Source: an uncultured Planctomycetota bacterium (lineage in GTDB: Bacteria > Planctomycetota > Planctomycetia > Isosphaerales > Isosphaeraceae). Taken from it: 64,000 nt of DNA. Position 1 is the first letter of the stretch; each line of letters begins with the position of its first letter. Under the pieces are notes generated by a model. It did not search any database. It saw only the letters and a list, made by a program, of their open reading frames with translations, and was not told where the DNA came from. The translations under genes were made by a program, and so were the position numbers. The DNA lies in NCBI GenBank assembly GCA_963823665.1, contig CAWGMQ010000004.1, positions 2,592,001 through 2,656,000 on the forward strand, written 5' to 3'. Shown in pieces: positions 45,015 to 56,000 of this stretch.

Positions 45015-47297
45015 GTGAGCACGATCCAGGTGGCAACAGAGTCGGCGCCCTTGCTGGCCCAGGGGACGGCTGAGGGTCTCTCCGCCAAGCCGGCCACGAA
45101 CGGCCAATTGACCGATCAAGAACTGTTTGCGCCGTTCGAGCGCGCGCGGCTCGAGCCGAACCGGATCTCACCGCTGTATCGCATCGGTCTCCTTCTCGTC
45201 ATGGCGATGATGGTTCTGCTGCCGCTCATTTACATCGGCCTGATCGGGCTGATCGCGTATGGCGTGTGGATCCACATGACGAACAACACGGGAATCCTGA
45301 CGGCCGCGCATGGGTCACGCGGCGGCAGGGGCGCGCTGCTCGTGTACTGCACTCCGATCGTCGCTGGCGCGACGGCGATCCTTTTCATGATCAAACCGCT
45401 CTTCGCCCCGCGCCCGAAGGAGGTGCCGCGCTACTCCCTCGATCCGGCCAGGGAGCCTCGATTATTTCAATTTGTGGAATGCTTGTGTCGCACCGTCCGC
45501 GCACCGATTCCGAGGCGAATCGACCTGGATACGCAGGTCAACGCCTCCGCGAGCTTCCGGCGCGGATTCGTGAGCATGCTGGGCAGCGACACGGTGCTGA
45601 CGATCGGATTGCCGTTGGTTTCGGGAATGACGCTGCGCCAGCTCACCGGAGTACTGGCGCATGAATTTGGCCACTTTGCGCAAGGTAGCGGCATGCGAGT
45701 GACCTACGTGATCCGCTCGGTGAACGCCTGGTTCGCGCGGGTTGTCTACGAAAGGGATGCATGGGACCAGAAGCTCGCCGATTGGTCGGACCAGGCAGGT
45801 CGCGAGCTGGCGCTCGTGATGTGGGCCTGCCGGCTTCTCGTCTGGCTTGCGCGTCGCGTGCTCTGGGGACTTATGTGGGCCGGTCACTTCGTGAGTTGTT
45901 TCATGCTTCGCGAGATGGAGTACGATGCGGACCGGTATGAAGCTCGCGTCGCCGGCAGCGAAACGTTCGCACAGACCGCCGACCGGCTTCTGGTGCTTTC
46001 GCTGGCCAGCCAGGGGGCGCATTCCGACCTCGTCCACGCGTGGCAGGCGAACCGGCTGGCCGACGACCTGCCAGGATTGATTCTGGAGAACGTCGGCGAG
46101 CTTCAGCGAGCGCACTCAGGGGTTCTTGCGGCTGCTCGCAAGTCAAGCGCCGGTGAGACCACCAAGGTGTTCGCCACGCACCCGGCGGACCGCGATCGGA
46201 TCGCGAGCGCCGCACGCGAGCGGGCACCGGGGCTGTTCCAGATCGATGCCCCCGCGACCGTCCTGTTCCACGACTACGACCACGTCGCCCGCGAGGTGAC
46301 GCTGGAGTTCTACAAGAACGTGATCGGACAGGAAGTCGAGCCAAGGAACTTGATTCCGACTTCCCGCCTGCTCGCCGAGCAGTCCGATCGGCTCGAAGGA
46401 CACAAGGCAGTGCGACGGTATCTGCAAGGCGACGTCTCCAGCGAGTACCGCTTGTTCCTCGGAGCGATCGAGCTCTCGCAATCAATCGAGCCGGCGCAAG
46501 CGAAAGATCAACTTCGCGCAGCCCGCGCACGCATGCTCGAGGCTCTGCCACGATACCAGGAGGCGCTCACGGCGTTTCTCGAAGCCGACCAAAGTCGCGA
46601 CAGAGCGGAGAGCGTCGCGACGCGGATGGCCGGGGGGATCCGAGACGGCGCGAGCGGCCTGAAGTTGAGCGCAGCGGGCCATGCGGCGGCAAAACAGGCA
46701 CGAGAGGAGCTCGGTGCGGCCCGCACCGAGCGACTCCGGGATCTCGACGCGGCGGCACAGCCAATCGACGGCCGCATGCGGTTGGCCTTTCCCCTGCTCT
46801 GTGTGCCCGAGATCGCCGCCGGAGTCGGCGATGGAAGTGACCTCGCCGCCGCACGCTGCGGGAAGCTGCTCGATGCGCGAGAATCGCTCCGTCGCGCCTG
46901 GCCGCACATCGAAAATCTGCGTCTCAAGGTGGCATTGCTGGGTACTCTGTTCAACGACCTGAACAACAACAAGGAGAACACGAGCCTGGTCACCCAGATC
47001 AAGTTGGTCGCCTCGCAAATCATGTTCCTGCTGCGCAACGCGCGCGCCACACTGGACGCGGCGCCCTACCCCTACGAACATGGCAGCGGAACGATCAGCA
47101 TAGGCAGGGATTTCGTTCCGGCGGTTCCTGGACCTGAGGAATACGCCGAGCTTTTTGGCGCGGCGCAGGGCCTGGTTGCCAAGTACTATTCACTCGACTA
47201 TCGACTGTTCTCCGACCTCATCGTCCTCGCAGAGCGAATCGAAACGGCCATCGGCCTCGAGGTGCTCGCCGATCCCCCGGAGATTCCTTCGGCTTAG
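45015..47297 (+). CDS. M48 (HtpX-like) metallopeptidase with long C-terminal extension
   Basis: VNASA, GVLAHEFGH, EMEYDAD, ATHP; N-terminal TM helices. Confidence 0.88.
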   Translation: MSTIQVATESAPLLAQGTAEGLSAKPATNGQLTDQELFAPFERARLEPNRISPLYRIGLLLVMAMMVLLPLIYIGLIGLIAYGVWIHMTNNTGILTAAHGSRGGRGALLVYCTPIVAGATAILFMIKPLFAPRPKEVPRYSLDPAREPRLFQFVECLCRTVRAPIPRRIDLDTQVNASASFRRGFVSMLGSDTVLTIGLPLVSGMTLRQLTGVLAHEFGHFAQGSGMRVTYVIRSVNAWFARVVYERDAWDQKLADWSDQAGRELALVMWACRLLVWLARRVLWGLMWAGHFVSCFMLREMEYDADRYEARVAGSETFAQTADRLLVLSLASQGAHSDLVHAWQANRLADDLPGLILENVGELQRAHSGVLAAARKSSAGETTKVFATHPADRDRIASAARERAPGLFQIDAPATVLFHDYDHVAREVTLEFYKNVIGQEVEPRNLIPTSRLLAEQSDRLEGHKAVRRYLQGDVSSEYRLFLGAIELSQSIEPAQAKDQLRAARARMLEALPRYQEALTAFLEADQSRDRAESVATRMAGGIRDGASGLKLSAAGHAAAKQAREELGAARTERLRDLDAAAQPIDGRMRLAFPLLCVPEIAAGVGDGSDLAAARCGKLLDARESLRRAWPHIENLRLKVALLGTLFNDLNNNKENTSLVTQIKLVASQIMFLLRNARATLDAAPYPYEHGSGTISIGRDFVPAVPGPEEYAELFGAAQGLVAKYYSLDYRLFSDLIVLAERIETAIGLEVLADPPEIPSA

Positions 47298-47388
47298 ACG
47301 CTCGCCCGCTTGGAACAGCTCAGCCGCCTTGCCGCGCTTGAGGCAATGCTGGTCGAAGGTAGTCGACGACGAAAACGACGCTTCGAGG

Positions 47389-48114
47389 TCAAGCCGCAGC
47401 GCAACCGGAGGAGATCGGGCGCTGGGAAGTCGCCCCGGCCGCCGTGGGGTGAGCCGACCAACTGCATCGAGCCGGGCGCCAGCCGTCACAGTCGTCCGAT
47501 TCGGGATCGTCGTCCGACGAATCTTCGGCGGCGGGGACCGGGGTGAACTTGGCGTCTGACCTGAACGCGATCGGCAGGATGCCACGTCTCCGCGCGTCGG
47601 CCACCGAGATGATTATGTAGCCGGACTTGGCGTCCTTGAGCTTTTCGGCGTGTTTCTCGAGGTTAACGTGCCCGACGTTGAACGCGGCGGTGAATGTTAC
47701 CCACGAGGCTTCCTCGACTTCGTCATCGTCGACGACATCACTCAGCTCGTCGACCTCCTTGGCGTCTCCCTCGACGCTCGCGCCGATCAGGGTGGTTTCC
47801 AGGGCGGCGATGTTCTTGCCGTGCTTGTCTGCCTGGAATGCCACGTAGCAGTGCCCCGGGATGAGGACCAAATCATTCGGCGAACGAAGACGAACGCCGA
47901 GGATTCCGCTCCCGTTACCCAGCAAACTGGGGTTGTCGGCCGACCGGGCTTGCTCGTCCTGCCCGCGGACAGTCGACGTCGCGACGATATAGGAAGGGAA
48001 GAGCTGCCGATCCCAGCCGGCGATCGTTGTGAATTCGCCGCGGGCGGAGCCCGTAACAGCCACGCAAATTAACACCAAGCACAGACTTCGGAACGCACCG
48101 CCGCAGCCTCTCAT
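47389..48114 (-). CDS. Hypothetical secreted protein, probably internally deleted
   Basis: Signal peptide; LVLIPGHCYVAF...LETTLIG transglutaminase-like remnant without the upstream catalytic segment. Confidence 0.45.
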   Translation of the reverse strand: MRGCGGAFRSLCLVLICVAVTGSARGEFTTIAGWDRQLFPSYIVATSTVRGQDEQARSADNPSLLGNGSGILGVRLRSPNDLVLIPGHCYVAFQADKHGKNIAALETTLIGASVEGDAKEVDELSDVVDDDEVEEASWVTFTAAFNVGHVNLEKHAEKLKDAKSGYIIISVADARRRGILPIAFRSDAKFTPVPAAEDSSDDDPESDDCDGWRPARCSWSAHPTAAGATSQRPISSGCAAA

Positions 48115-48259
48115 AGCCGCCTCCGCAGACCGTCTTTCGGGACTGGGCCATCTACCTGAAACCTAGCACGCATTCGCGGGTCTGTCAGGCTCGAGATGGC
48201 CTCGACTCCCACTCCCACGAGCAACGTTCCCAGGATGTCGGCAATCATATTGTAATTAT

Positions 48260-48742
48260 ATGAAATATAAAGGATACACGGGAACAATAGAAGTCGACGA
48301 GGAAACCAAGGTCCTATTCGGACGCGTGATCGGGCTGCGCGACATGATCACGTTTGACGGTGAATCATTTCCCGAGCTCGAACGAGCGTTCCATGATTCG
48401 GTCGACGTCTACCTGGACTTATGCGCAAAACGGGGAGAGGCCCCGGAGAAGCCATTTTCTGGCCGTTTCATCGTCCGCATTGAACCCGCGCTCCACCGGC
48501 AATTATCCGATACCGCCGAGGCTTCGCGCCTCAGCCTGAACTCGCTCATCGAGAACATTCTAGAAGGCGGTGTAAGAGAACCAAGCAAAAAGCCGGCAAG
48601 CACGGGCGCCAGGCCGAAGAGACCGAAGAAAGCCAATGGAGATAAAGGAGGCGATCCTTCCAGCGGAACCGAACCCGTGCGGCGGAAGGAGAAAGACAAA
48701 GCAAGCCACCCGCTCACCGGGGAGCAAGGCAAAGGCCGGTAG
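48260..48742 (+). CDS. hicB: HicB family antitoxin (no hicA partner)
   Basis: MKYKGYTG...FGRVIGLRDMITFDGES...FHDSVDVYL...PEKPFSGRFIVRIEPALHRQL. Confidence 0.9.
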   Translation: MKYKGYTGTIEVDEETKVLFGRVIGLRDMITFDGESFPELERAFHDSVDVYLDLCAKRGEAPEKPFSGRFIVRIEPALHRQLSDTAEASRLSLNSLIENILEGGVREPSKKPASTGARPKRPKKANGDKGGDPSSGTEPVRRKEKDKASHPLTGEQGKGR

Positions 48743-49159
48743 CGGACGGATTACGCGAAAAAGCGCTAGGGATGACGACGATTCCGTCCCGCCGCCGGCC
48801 CCGCGCCTTATCGCGCCGCAAGGGATTAGACGATGGCAATTGCCGAAGCATGCGCCGGTCTGATCGACCGAAGCCATTGCGGCTGATTGACGCACGTCTC
48901 TTTCAAGCACCATTTTGCTATGGGTGCGGAGCATCTGGCCGGTCATTGCAGCAGCGATCTTGCAGGTATGCGCGGTTCTATCGATCCGGAAAACCACAAA
49001 ATCCGCGGCGGGAGTTGCGAATGGGCGGATTCGCGCTACATTCTTATTAAAGCAAAACGTGCTAGCTCGGGTACGGGCGATCGGGCGGGAACGTGATGGC
49101 CGAGCCGGAGATGAATTGATCTCAAGTGAGCGGAATTGTACACGGAAACGGAGGTCGAG

Positions 49160-50798
49160 ATGACGACAGAAGCGCAGGTTCGACGGAATAACCAGAATGC
49201 TAAACATAGCACTGGGCCACGCACCGAAGCGGGGAAGGGGAAATCACGCATGAATGCACTCAAGCATGGATTTACCGCGCAGGTTGTGCTCTTGCCGGGT
49301 GAGAAGCCGGTCGAGTTTAACAAGCGGGTGAACATGTACTTCAAGTGTTATTCGCCGGAGAACGAGTATGAGGTATCGCTAGCTCAGAATATGGCCTATT
49401 GCTCCTGGCAGGTGGACCGGTGCCGGCGTGCGGGATCGGCCCGGGCGTATGCGAACGCCGTGACGGGTCCGATTGATGAAGAGCGGAGAAAAGAGACAGA
49501 GTCGATCGAGCTGTCACAGATCTTGTTTCGAGCACCCTATGGGCGGGCGGCGGAGTGCCCATTTGGCGCTCTGCCCGATGGGGAAGCCGGCCGGGCTTGG
49601 CCGGGGAGTCACGAGCGTGATGAGCACCCCAAGCTGGTGATCATACGGCTGGAAGCGAACCCATTCGGCGTGCTGAGGCTGTTGAGCGAATGGCACACAC
49701 TCGAAGCGCCGCTGCACCAAGGAGAGACCTGGGGTGCGGCAGAGCGGTTCCGGGCGTTCAGGATGCTGGGAATTCACGCCAGCGATGCGCTCCTGGATAC
49801 GCAGCTCACATCCCTTTTGCGCATGCGAGGTGCTCGACGCTGCGGCGGGCAGTCTTGTCGGCGAACTGTGGGGCGAGCTGGTTTCAGCGAATGACCTGCC
49901 CATGATTGAAAACCAGTACCGGCGCAACGTCGAATTTCGCCCGGCGATGGACCGGGACTCGGCGCGGGAGCACTTGATCGCAATCGTTCGACGCCAGATC
50001 ACTAGGCTCGAGGCGCTGGCTCAAGAACACCGGGAACGGGAAGAGTTCCTGGCTGGGCTGCACCCGAGCGTCGCGGCGTTTGATACGAGCCACGAGGGCT
50101 TGCTTGTCCTGCGATACGAGTTCGCCTGGCTCCGCTTGCTGGATCGGAGCGGTAGCGAGCTGCGCAAGCAATATGAGGCGAGACTGAAGAATGGGCAGTC
50201 GTACCAACGCCATTACCATTTGCCACCATCGCCGGGCTGGATTCTTCCTGAAGACGAGATGGCCGAGGATGCGGGTGAGTGTGATCAAGATCATTGCGCC
50301 GGTTTGCGGGGTGAGGGCGAGGGTGCGGAGGTGTGCGCGATCGCGGAATCGAGGGAGGACGAAGTCGGCCAGGTGGCCGAAACGGCCGCGGTGCGAAACG
50401 AACCCAAGGGCGTAAGTGGGCTGGAGGAGAGGATATTGGAAGAGTCGGAGACGCGGGTGCGAAACGAACCCAAGGTTGAGCGTGATGCGGAGCTGGTCGC
50501 CATGGAGGTTGGGGCGGTGTCGTTGCGAAACGAACCCAACGGCGGTGTGAGAAGATCACGCTTAGCGTTACCTTCATCTTCAATTTCGCGGGATGGTGGG
50601 AACGGATTTGATGCTTCCGGAAGCTTTGCGCGGATCATGGGGGGAGCGATGCGGGATCTGGAGCGGGACCTGCCGGTACCGACGGTTCGGTTGGCGAGCG
50701 CCGGGGAACTTGTGCGAGGGTCGTCGGCGGGTGGCGGGTCGCGGCGGGAACGGAGGCGGAGGAAGGCGGAGGCCCGGGTGCGGGCTAAGTCGTGCTGA
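49160..50798 (+). CDS. Hypothetical protein of the 'NA..STGPRT..GK..S..NALKHG' type; frameshift near 49820
   Basis: GGAGGT RBS; ORF 49136-49894 continues in 49734-50798; RNEP repeats and Arg-rich tail. Confidence 0.75.
50391..50542 (+). repeat. Three ~19-bp repeats (TGCGAAACGAACCCAA) at exact 66-bp period
   Basis: Units start at 50391, 50457 and 50523 with 47-bp divergent spacers. Confidence 0.85.
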
Positions 50799-50822
50799 AT
50801 GGGCGACGGTTGCGGATCGGAG

Positions 50823-50869
50823 GGAGACCTTCGGTCACGGGTAGGGCGGGGTCAGAGACCCGCGCCAAC
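50823..50869 (+). repeat. REP-like element (GAGACCTTCGGTC...GGGCGGGGTCAGAGACCCGCGCCAAC)
   Basis: Same family as the tandem array at 63046-63180. Confidence 0.75.
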
Positions 50870-51006
50870 GCGCTGGCGAGCGCGGGCGAAAGTGTTGAAC
50901 GGACAATTATCAAACCGTGCATCCATTGCCTCTGCGTATGAGTGTACGCAATAATTCAGACAGCGTGCGGAGTTTGCGTGTCCTTTCAGGGAGGCATGGA
51001 CAGATC

Positions 51007-51870
51007 ATGGCGCGCCGGAAGCTCGTTATACTGAGTGCGACAGCAATCCTCGTCGCGACGGTCGGGTTTGCACATGCCGGAATGCGGCGGAGGCACGGCG
51101 GTGGCGGCGGGCATGGCGGTGGGAACCGTTCGCAAGGAGGGGGTCTGGGACTCGGCGGAGGATTTGGCGGATTCGGGCCGTTTTACGGTGGGTTCGGGGT
51201 GGGGATACCGATTTTTTACCCACCCATCTTTGTCGTCGGGCCCGGGATGTTCGTGGCGCCTATGGCGAACGGACCGCTCATGCCGTTGCCGCCACCGGGA
51301 TTGCTCTCACCGCCGGCGGGGCCTGGAGGCAATGCCGGCGCGATGAACAATGGGCGACAAGACGGGCGGGTGAAGGCCGCTGATCCGGCGCGGGCGGCGC
51401 AGCTCATCATCGTGGGCGATAGGCTCGTCCGTGCCGGCAACTTGAAGAAAGCCGAGGAACGGTACCTTCAAGCCATGCGGGCTGCGCCGGATCTGGCTGC
51501 GCCACGCGTGCGACTGGCCGTCGTGGCCGCCATGCGGGGTAATTATGCCGACGCCGCGACAAGGCTACGGGAGGCGGAGACGGCGGAGCCGGGATGGATC
51601 ATCAATTCGCAGGATATCCAGGTTATTTTCGGCGAACCGACGGACTTCACCAAGCAGCTTGCACGGGTCGAGTCGCATGTGAATACGCACCCGGAAGACC
51701 GGGATGCCTGGCTGGTGCTGGGAGCCGAGTGGTTTCTGTCGGGACGGACCGCGAAGGCGGCGGATGTGTTCAAGCGGCTGCAGGATCCGGACAGGAAGTC
51801 GGATGTGGCGCTGACGGCATTTCTTGAGGCGTCGAATCAGGAGAAGGAGCGGAGGGAGAGGGACAGGTAG
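51007..51870 (+). CDS. Secreted Gly/Pro-rich TPR protein
   Basis: Signal peptide, GGG-rich segment, TPR-like helices (AEERYLQAM, AWLVLGAEWF). Confidence 0.75.
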   Translation: MARRKLVILSATAILVATVGFAHAGMRRRHGGGGGHGGGNRSQGGGLGLGGGFGGFGPFYGGFGVGIPIFYPPIFVVGPGMFVAPMANGPLMPLPPPGLLSPPAGPGGNAGAMNNGRQDGRVKAADPARAAQLIIVGDRLVRAGNLKKAEERYLQAMRAAPDLAAPRVRLAVVAAMRGNYADAATRLREAETAEPGWIINSQDIQVIFGEPTDFTKQLARVESHVNTHPEDRDAWLVLGAEWFLSGRTAKAADVFKRLQDPDRKSDVALTAFLEASNQEKERRERDR

Positions 51871-51898
51871 TCAGGGCGGAGGGCGGAAAGGGAAGGGG

Positions 51899-51953
51899 GG
51901 ATTGGGATTGGGATTAGGATTAGGATTAAGATTGAGATTAAGATTAGGAGTAA
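51899..51953 (+). repeat. Hexamer simple repeat (GGATTG/GGATTA/AGATTA)n
   Basis: GGATTG GGATTG GGATTA GGATTA GGATTA AGATTG AGATTA AGATTA GGAGTA. Confidence 0.85.
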
Positions 51954-51983
51954 GTGCGCGGAAATTGGTTGGGCTTTGGATTC

Positions 51984-52925
51984 ATGGGTGGGATAAATCG
52001 GTACTACGCAGCGGCTTGTCAGACGGATTTGCCGTGTTTGCGCGGGCGGGGGGAGCTGACTGAACGGGTGGGGCGGCTGCTGTCGATGGTGGACCGGGCG
52101 GTCGTGGGGTATGAGCCGTTTTTTGATGTTCGGCTCGTTGTGTTTCCGGAGTTTGCTCATACGGCTCCGATTTATGAGACCGTCGAGGAGCTGCGGGACA
52201 AGCTTGCGGTGCCGATTCCGAATGAGCACACGGACCGGTACGTGAAGAAGGCTCGGGAGCGCGCGGTTTATATCCAGACGGGGTCGTTTCTGGAGGTTGA
52301 TCCACGGTGGCGCGGGGCGGTTTTTAACACGACTTGTCTGATCGGGCCGGATGGGGTGCTTTCCCGGTATCGGAAAGTCAATCCGTGGCTGCCGTGGGAG
52401 GTGCACGCGAGCCCGCACGATTTGCCCGGGTATGACGAGCCGCTCTTTCCGGTGGTCGAGACGGAGATCGGCATGCTGGGGGCGGCTATTTGCTACGACT
52501 GGCTTTTTCCGGAGGCGATCCGGGCACTGGCGCTGGGCGGGGCAGAAGTGCTGATTCGGGTGTCGGCGTACATGGATCCCTGGGGGGCGACGGCGCCCAT
52601 GGACTGGTGGACGCTTTTTAACCGGGCGCGGGCGGTCGAGAACTTTGCGTACGTGGTCGCAGCGAACCAAGGGGCGAGTGCGGAGAATTATCCGCCGTTC
52701 TCGTGGCCGGGGGGGAGCATGGTGGTGGATTACGACGGGCGGATCCTGGCGCAGGCTGACCCGGGGCCGGGGGAGAAGATCGTGGTGGGGCCGATTGATC
52801 TGGCGGCACTGCGGGCCGAACGTGAGCGGCGGCGAGGGCATCATTTCCTTTCGCATATCCGGGCTGAGGCCTATACTGATCTGTACGCCCGGCCCATCTT
52901 TCGTCCCGGCGGGCGACCGAAGTGA
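51984..52925 (+). CDS. Nitrilase/carbon-nitrogen hydrolase
   Basis: VFPEF, YRKV, ICYD (E-K-C triad), AANQG, GGSMVVDYDG. Confidence 0.92.
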   Translation: MGGINRYYAAACQTDLPCLRGRGELTERVGRLLSMVDRAVVGYEPFFDVRLVVFPEFAHTAPIYETVEELRDKLAVPIPNEHTDRYVKKARERAVYIQTGSFLEVDPRWRGAVFNTTCLIGPDGVLSRYRKVNPWLPWEVHASPHDLPGYDEPLFPVVETEIGMLGAAICYDWLFPEAIRALALGGAEVLIRVSAYMDPWGATAPMDWWTLFNRARAVENFAYVVAANQGASAENYPPFSWPGGSMVVDYDGRILAQADPGPGEKIVVGPIDLAALRAERERRRGHHFLSHIRAEAYTDLYARPIFRPGGRPK

Positions 52926-53075
52926 AGTGCCGGGAATCTGGCCGGGAAATCGGGGCGTGCACGGGGCTCATCGTCATCTTTCATTCACCTGTGCACGTGC
53001 CTGGGATCGAGCGGATCTGTTAGTTCGTTTATTGATCGGGATCGGAATCATTCCATTCGTTCGAAGGAACACGTT

Positions 53076-56000
53076 ATGCGACTGGGATTTATTGCGCCTG
53101 GGGGCTCGTCGCGGCGACTGCGATCGGGTTCCTGGTGGTTTCGGCGCGCGGAAAGACGAAGCCGGAACCGGGGGCGAGCGTGCAGAAGGCGGTGGAAAAG
53201 CGACAAGAGCCAAGCGCGCTGAAAAATGAAATCCCCGGCAGTGAACTGGCGGCGGTGATGGCGGCGCATTACAAGGGGCTGGGGCTGATGGAGCAGTATC
53301 AGTACCACGCGGCCTCGGCGGAATTTCGGGATGTGGTGAAGCGAGCGCCGGGGTGGATTCCGGGATCGATCAACCTTGCGATTGCGCTGCTGAATGACAG
53401 CGACGCAAAGGCCGAAGAGGCGCTCGATTTGCTGGCCGCGGTGCTGGCACGCGATCCCGATAACCCCTATGCGCACTTCAACCAGGGATTCATCCTCCGG
53501 CAACTGGGGAGGGACGGCCGCGCGCACGCGCATTTCAAGCGAGTGACCGAGATCGATCCTTTGGACGCGGCCGGCTGGTACTGGGCGGGTGAGACGATTC
53601 CCGGAGTGGATACGGAGGCTCTGGATCCCGAGGCGCGCATGGACGCGCTCAAGGAAAAATCCAAGAAGGAGATCCCGTACTTCACGAAGGCGCTCGACCT
53701 GAATCCTTATTTCACACCGGCGGTCTACCGGATGGCGATGGCCGCGCGATTGACGATGGGCCGGAAGGAAGTAAACGAGTGGTTCCAGCGCTATCGGAAA
53801 ATCAAGCCGGATCTAGCGGACTCGGCGCCCGGGCCGGGGGAGTCAGTGGGGCGGGAGTACGGCGAGAAGGGGAAATATGGGGCTGTTATCAATCCGTTTC
53901 CAGCTCTGCTGGCGGCCAAAGAGAACGCGGGGCCGGCGCCCAAGTTCGAGGCTGCTCGGCCGATTGATGTGGAGCTGGGGCAAGGTGAGCGCTGGGCCAG
54001 GCCGGGCGACTTCACGGGGGGGGCGGCGGTGATTGGCCGGGCGCGCGATCGATTCGGCGCGGGCATCGCGGCATTTGACGCGGATCGAGACGGCAAGCTG
54101 GATCTTTATCTCACGTCGGCTATCACGGGCCCTGGGGGACTGCGGGACGCGCTGCTGCTCAACAAGGGGGAGGGGCGATTTGCGGACCGCTCGGCAGCGT
54201 TCGGGCTCGCCAAGGACCGATCCAGCATCGGCGTTGCCGCCGCGGATTTCGATGCGGACGGGCAGATCGACCTCTGTCTGACAGGCGTGGGTGGCAACAA
54301 GGTGCTGCGCAATATTGAAGGCAAGAGATTCGAGGACATCACGTCAACGCTGAAGGGGTTTCCGGCGCGGGCGATTTCGATCATGGCGCGGTGGCTGGAC
54401 CTCGATCAGGACGGCGATCTGGATCTTTATATCGTGAACCACTGCGGGATCGATGATGCAGAGAAGGCATTCGCCGAGGGGAAGGTGAGCGTTCCGGGGG
54501 TGGCGAACTTGGTCTATCGGAACGATGGCCAGCCACCGGCAGAGTCGGCGAATATGCCCGGTGCCCGGGCACCCGTGGCTACCGCCTACAACCGTCCGGA
54601 CGCGAAGCGCGGGTTGTCGATCGCAATCGGACCATGGCCAGGGGCGGAGGCGCTGCTGGGGGGAGCACGGGCGCACACGGGAATCGCGGCGCTCGACGTC
54701 GACGATGACCGGGACATTGACCTGGTGCTCTCGGCCGACCAGAGCGCGCCGGTGGCGATCATCAACGACAGGTTGAATGTCTTTCGTGAAGCACCCATTG
54801 AAGGCATTGATCCACCGGGTGGGATTTCGGGGCTGCTCACGATGCATATCGACTCGGATGGACGGCCGGACGTGGTTGCGGCGAGCTGGAACGGTCCGAT
54901 GCAGCCGTGGCGAAACGTGACGGAGCGCACGAGTGACGGCAAGGTGAGGATCCGGTTTCAGTCATGGCCGATCGACGCCGCGCGATGGAGAAGCGCACAA
55001 GCGATTGATCTGGATCTCGACGGCCGAACGGACTTGCTCGGGTGCGCGGCAACAGCGGCTGGCGGAGCGGGCGGCGCGCCCGTGCCGTTCTGGGCGCGCA
55101 GTGAAGGGAAGCGATTCCGAGCCGAGGGACTCACCGCGGGGGTGCCATACACCGGGCTCACGGGGGTTACGGCCGTTGACCTGGTGGGCGATCCGCTTCC
55201 TGACATCTTGATCGTGGGGGCGGAGGAGGGACCGGTGCTCGCGCAAAATCGCGGGAACGGACAGCACTGGCTCTCGATGCGGCTAGGGGGCCACTGGCAG
55301 CCGAGTCCGGTGATGATGCGTACAAATTCTCATGCGATCGGAGCGCGCGTGATGATCGAGGGGCCGGGGTTTTTCACGGCGTACGACCATACCACTCCGG
55401 ACTCGGGGCTGGGCCAGTCGATCGCGCCGTTCGTTCTGGGATTGGGACCAAACCGGCAAGTGGATCTGGTTCACGTGGTGTGGCCCGACGGCGTGATGCA
55501 GTGTGAGCTCAAGAGGGAAGCAGACCAAGCAATCGATCTGGCGGAGAAAAATCGGAAGCGCTCGAGCTGCCCGGTACTTTTCACCTGGGACGGCTGCCGA
55601 TATGTCTGCGTCTGCGACTTTCTTGGGGGGGGTGGACTGGGGTACCTGGTTGCGCCAGGGGTTTACAGCCAGCCCGATCGTGATGAGAGCGTGGCGATCA
55701 ACACCGAGCAACTGAAGCCGAGCGGCGAGGTCTTTCGGATAACGATCATGGAGCCGATGGACGAGGTGTCGTATCTCGATCAATTCGTGCTGGATGTGGT
55801 GGATCGGCCGCCGGGTGTGTCGGCGACACCGGATGAGCGGTTCGCGCCGGAAGGACCGCGGCCGACTGGCACCCTGATCGCGTGGAAGAATGCTGTTCAT
55901 CCGGTGCGGGCGAGCGACCTGGAAGGCAACGACCTGACGGAGACACTGCGGCGCTGGGACCGGGTGATGGCCGACGGGTTTCGCAAGCTCGACGGCTGGA

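Noticed and set aside
48926..48946. Third copy of the 29-bp direct repeat (GAGCATCTGGCCGGTC)
   Set aside because: Only about 11 contiguous matches; compatible with chance
50391..50542. 66-bp-period repeat as a canonical CRISPR
   Set aside because: Repeat only about 19 bp, three copies, within an ORF, no leader or cas; retained only as an unexplained array
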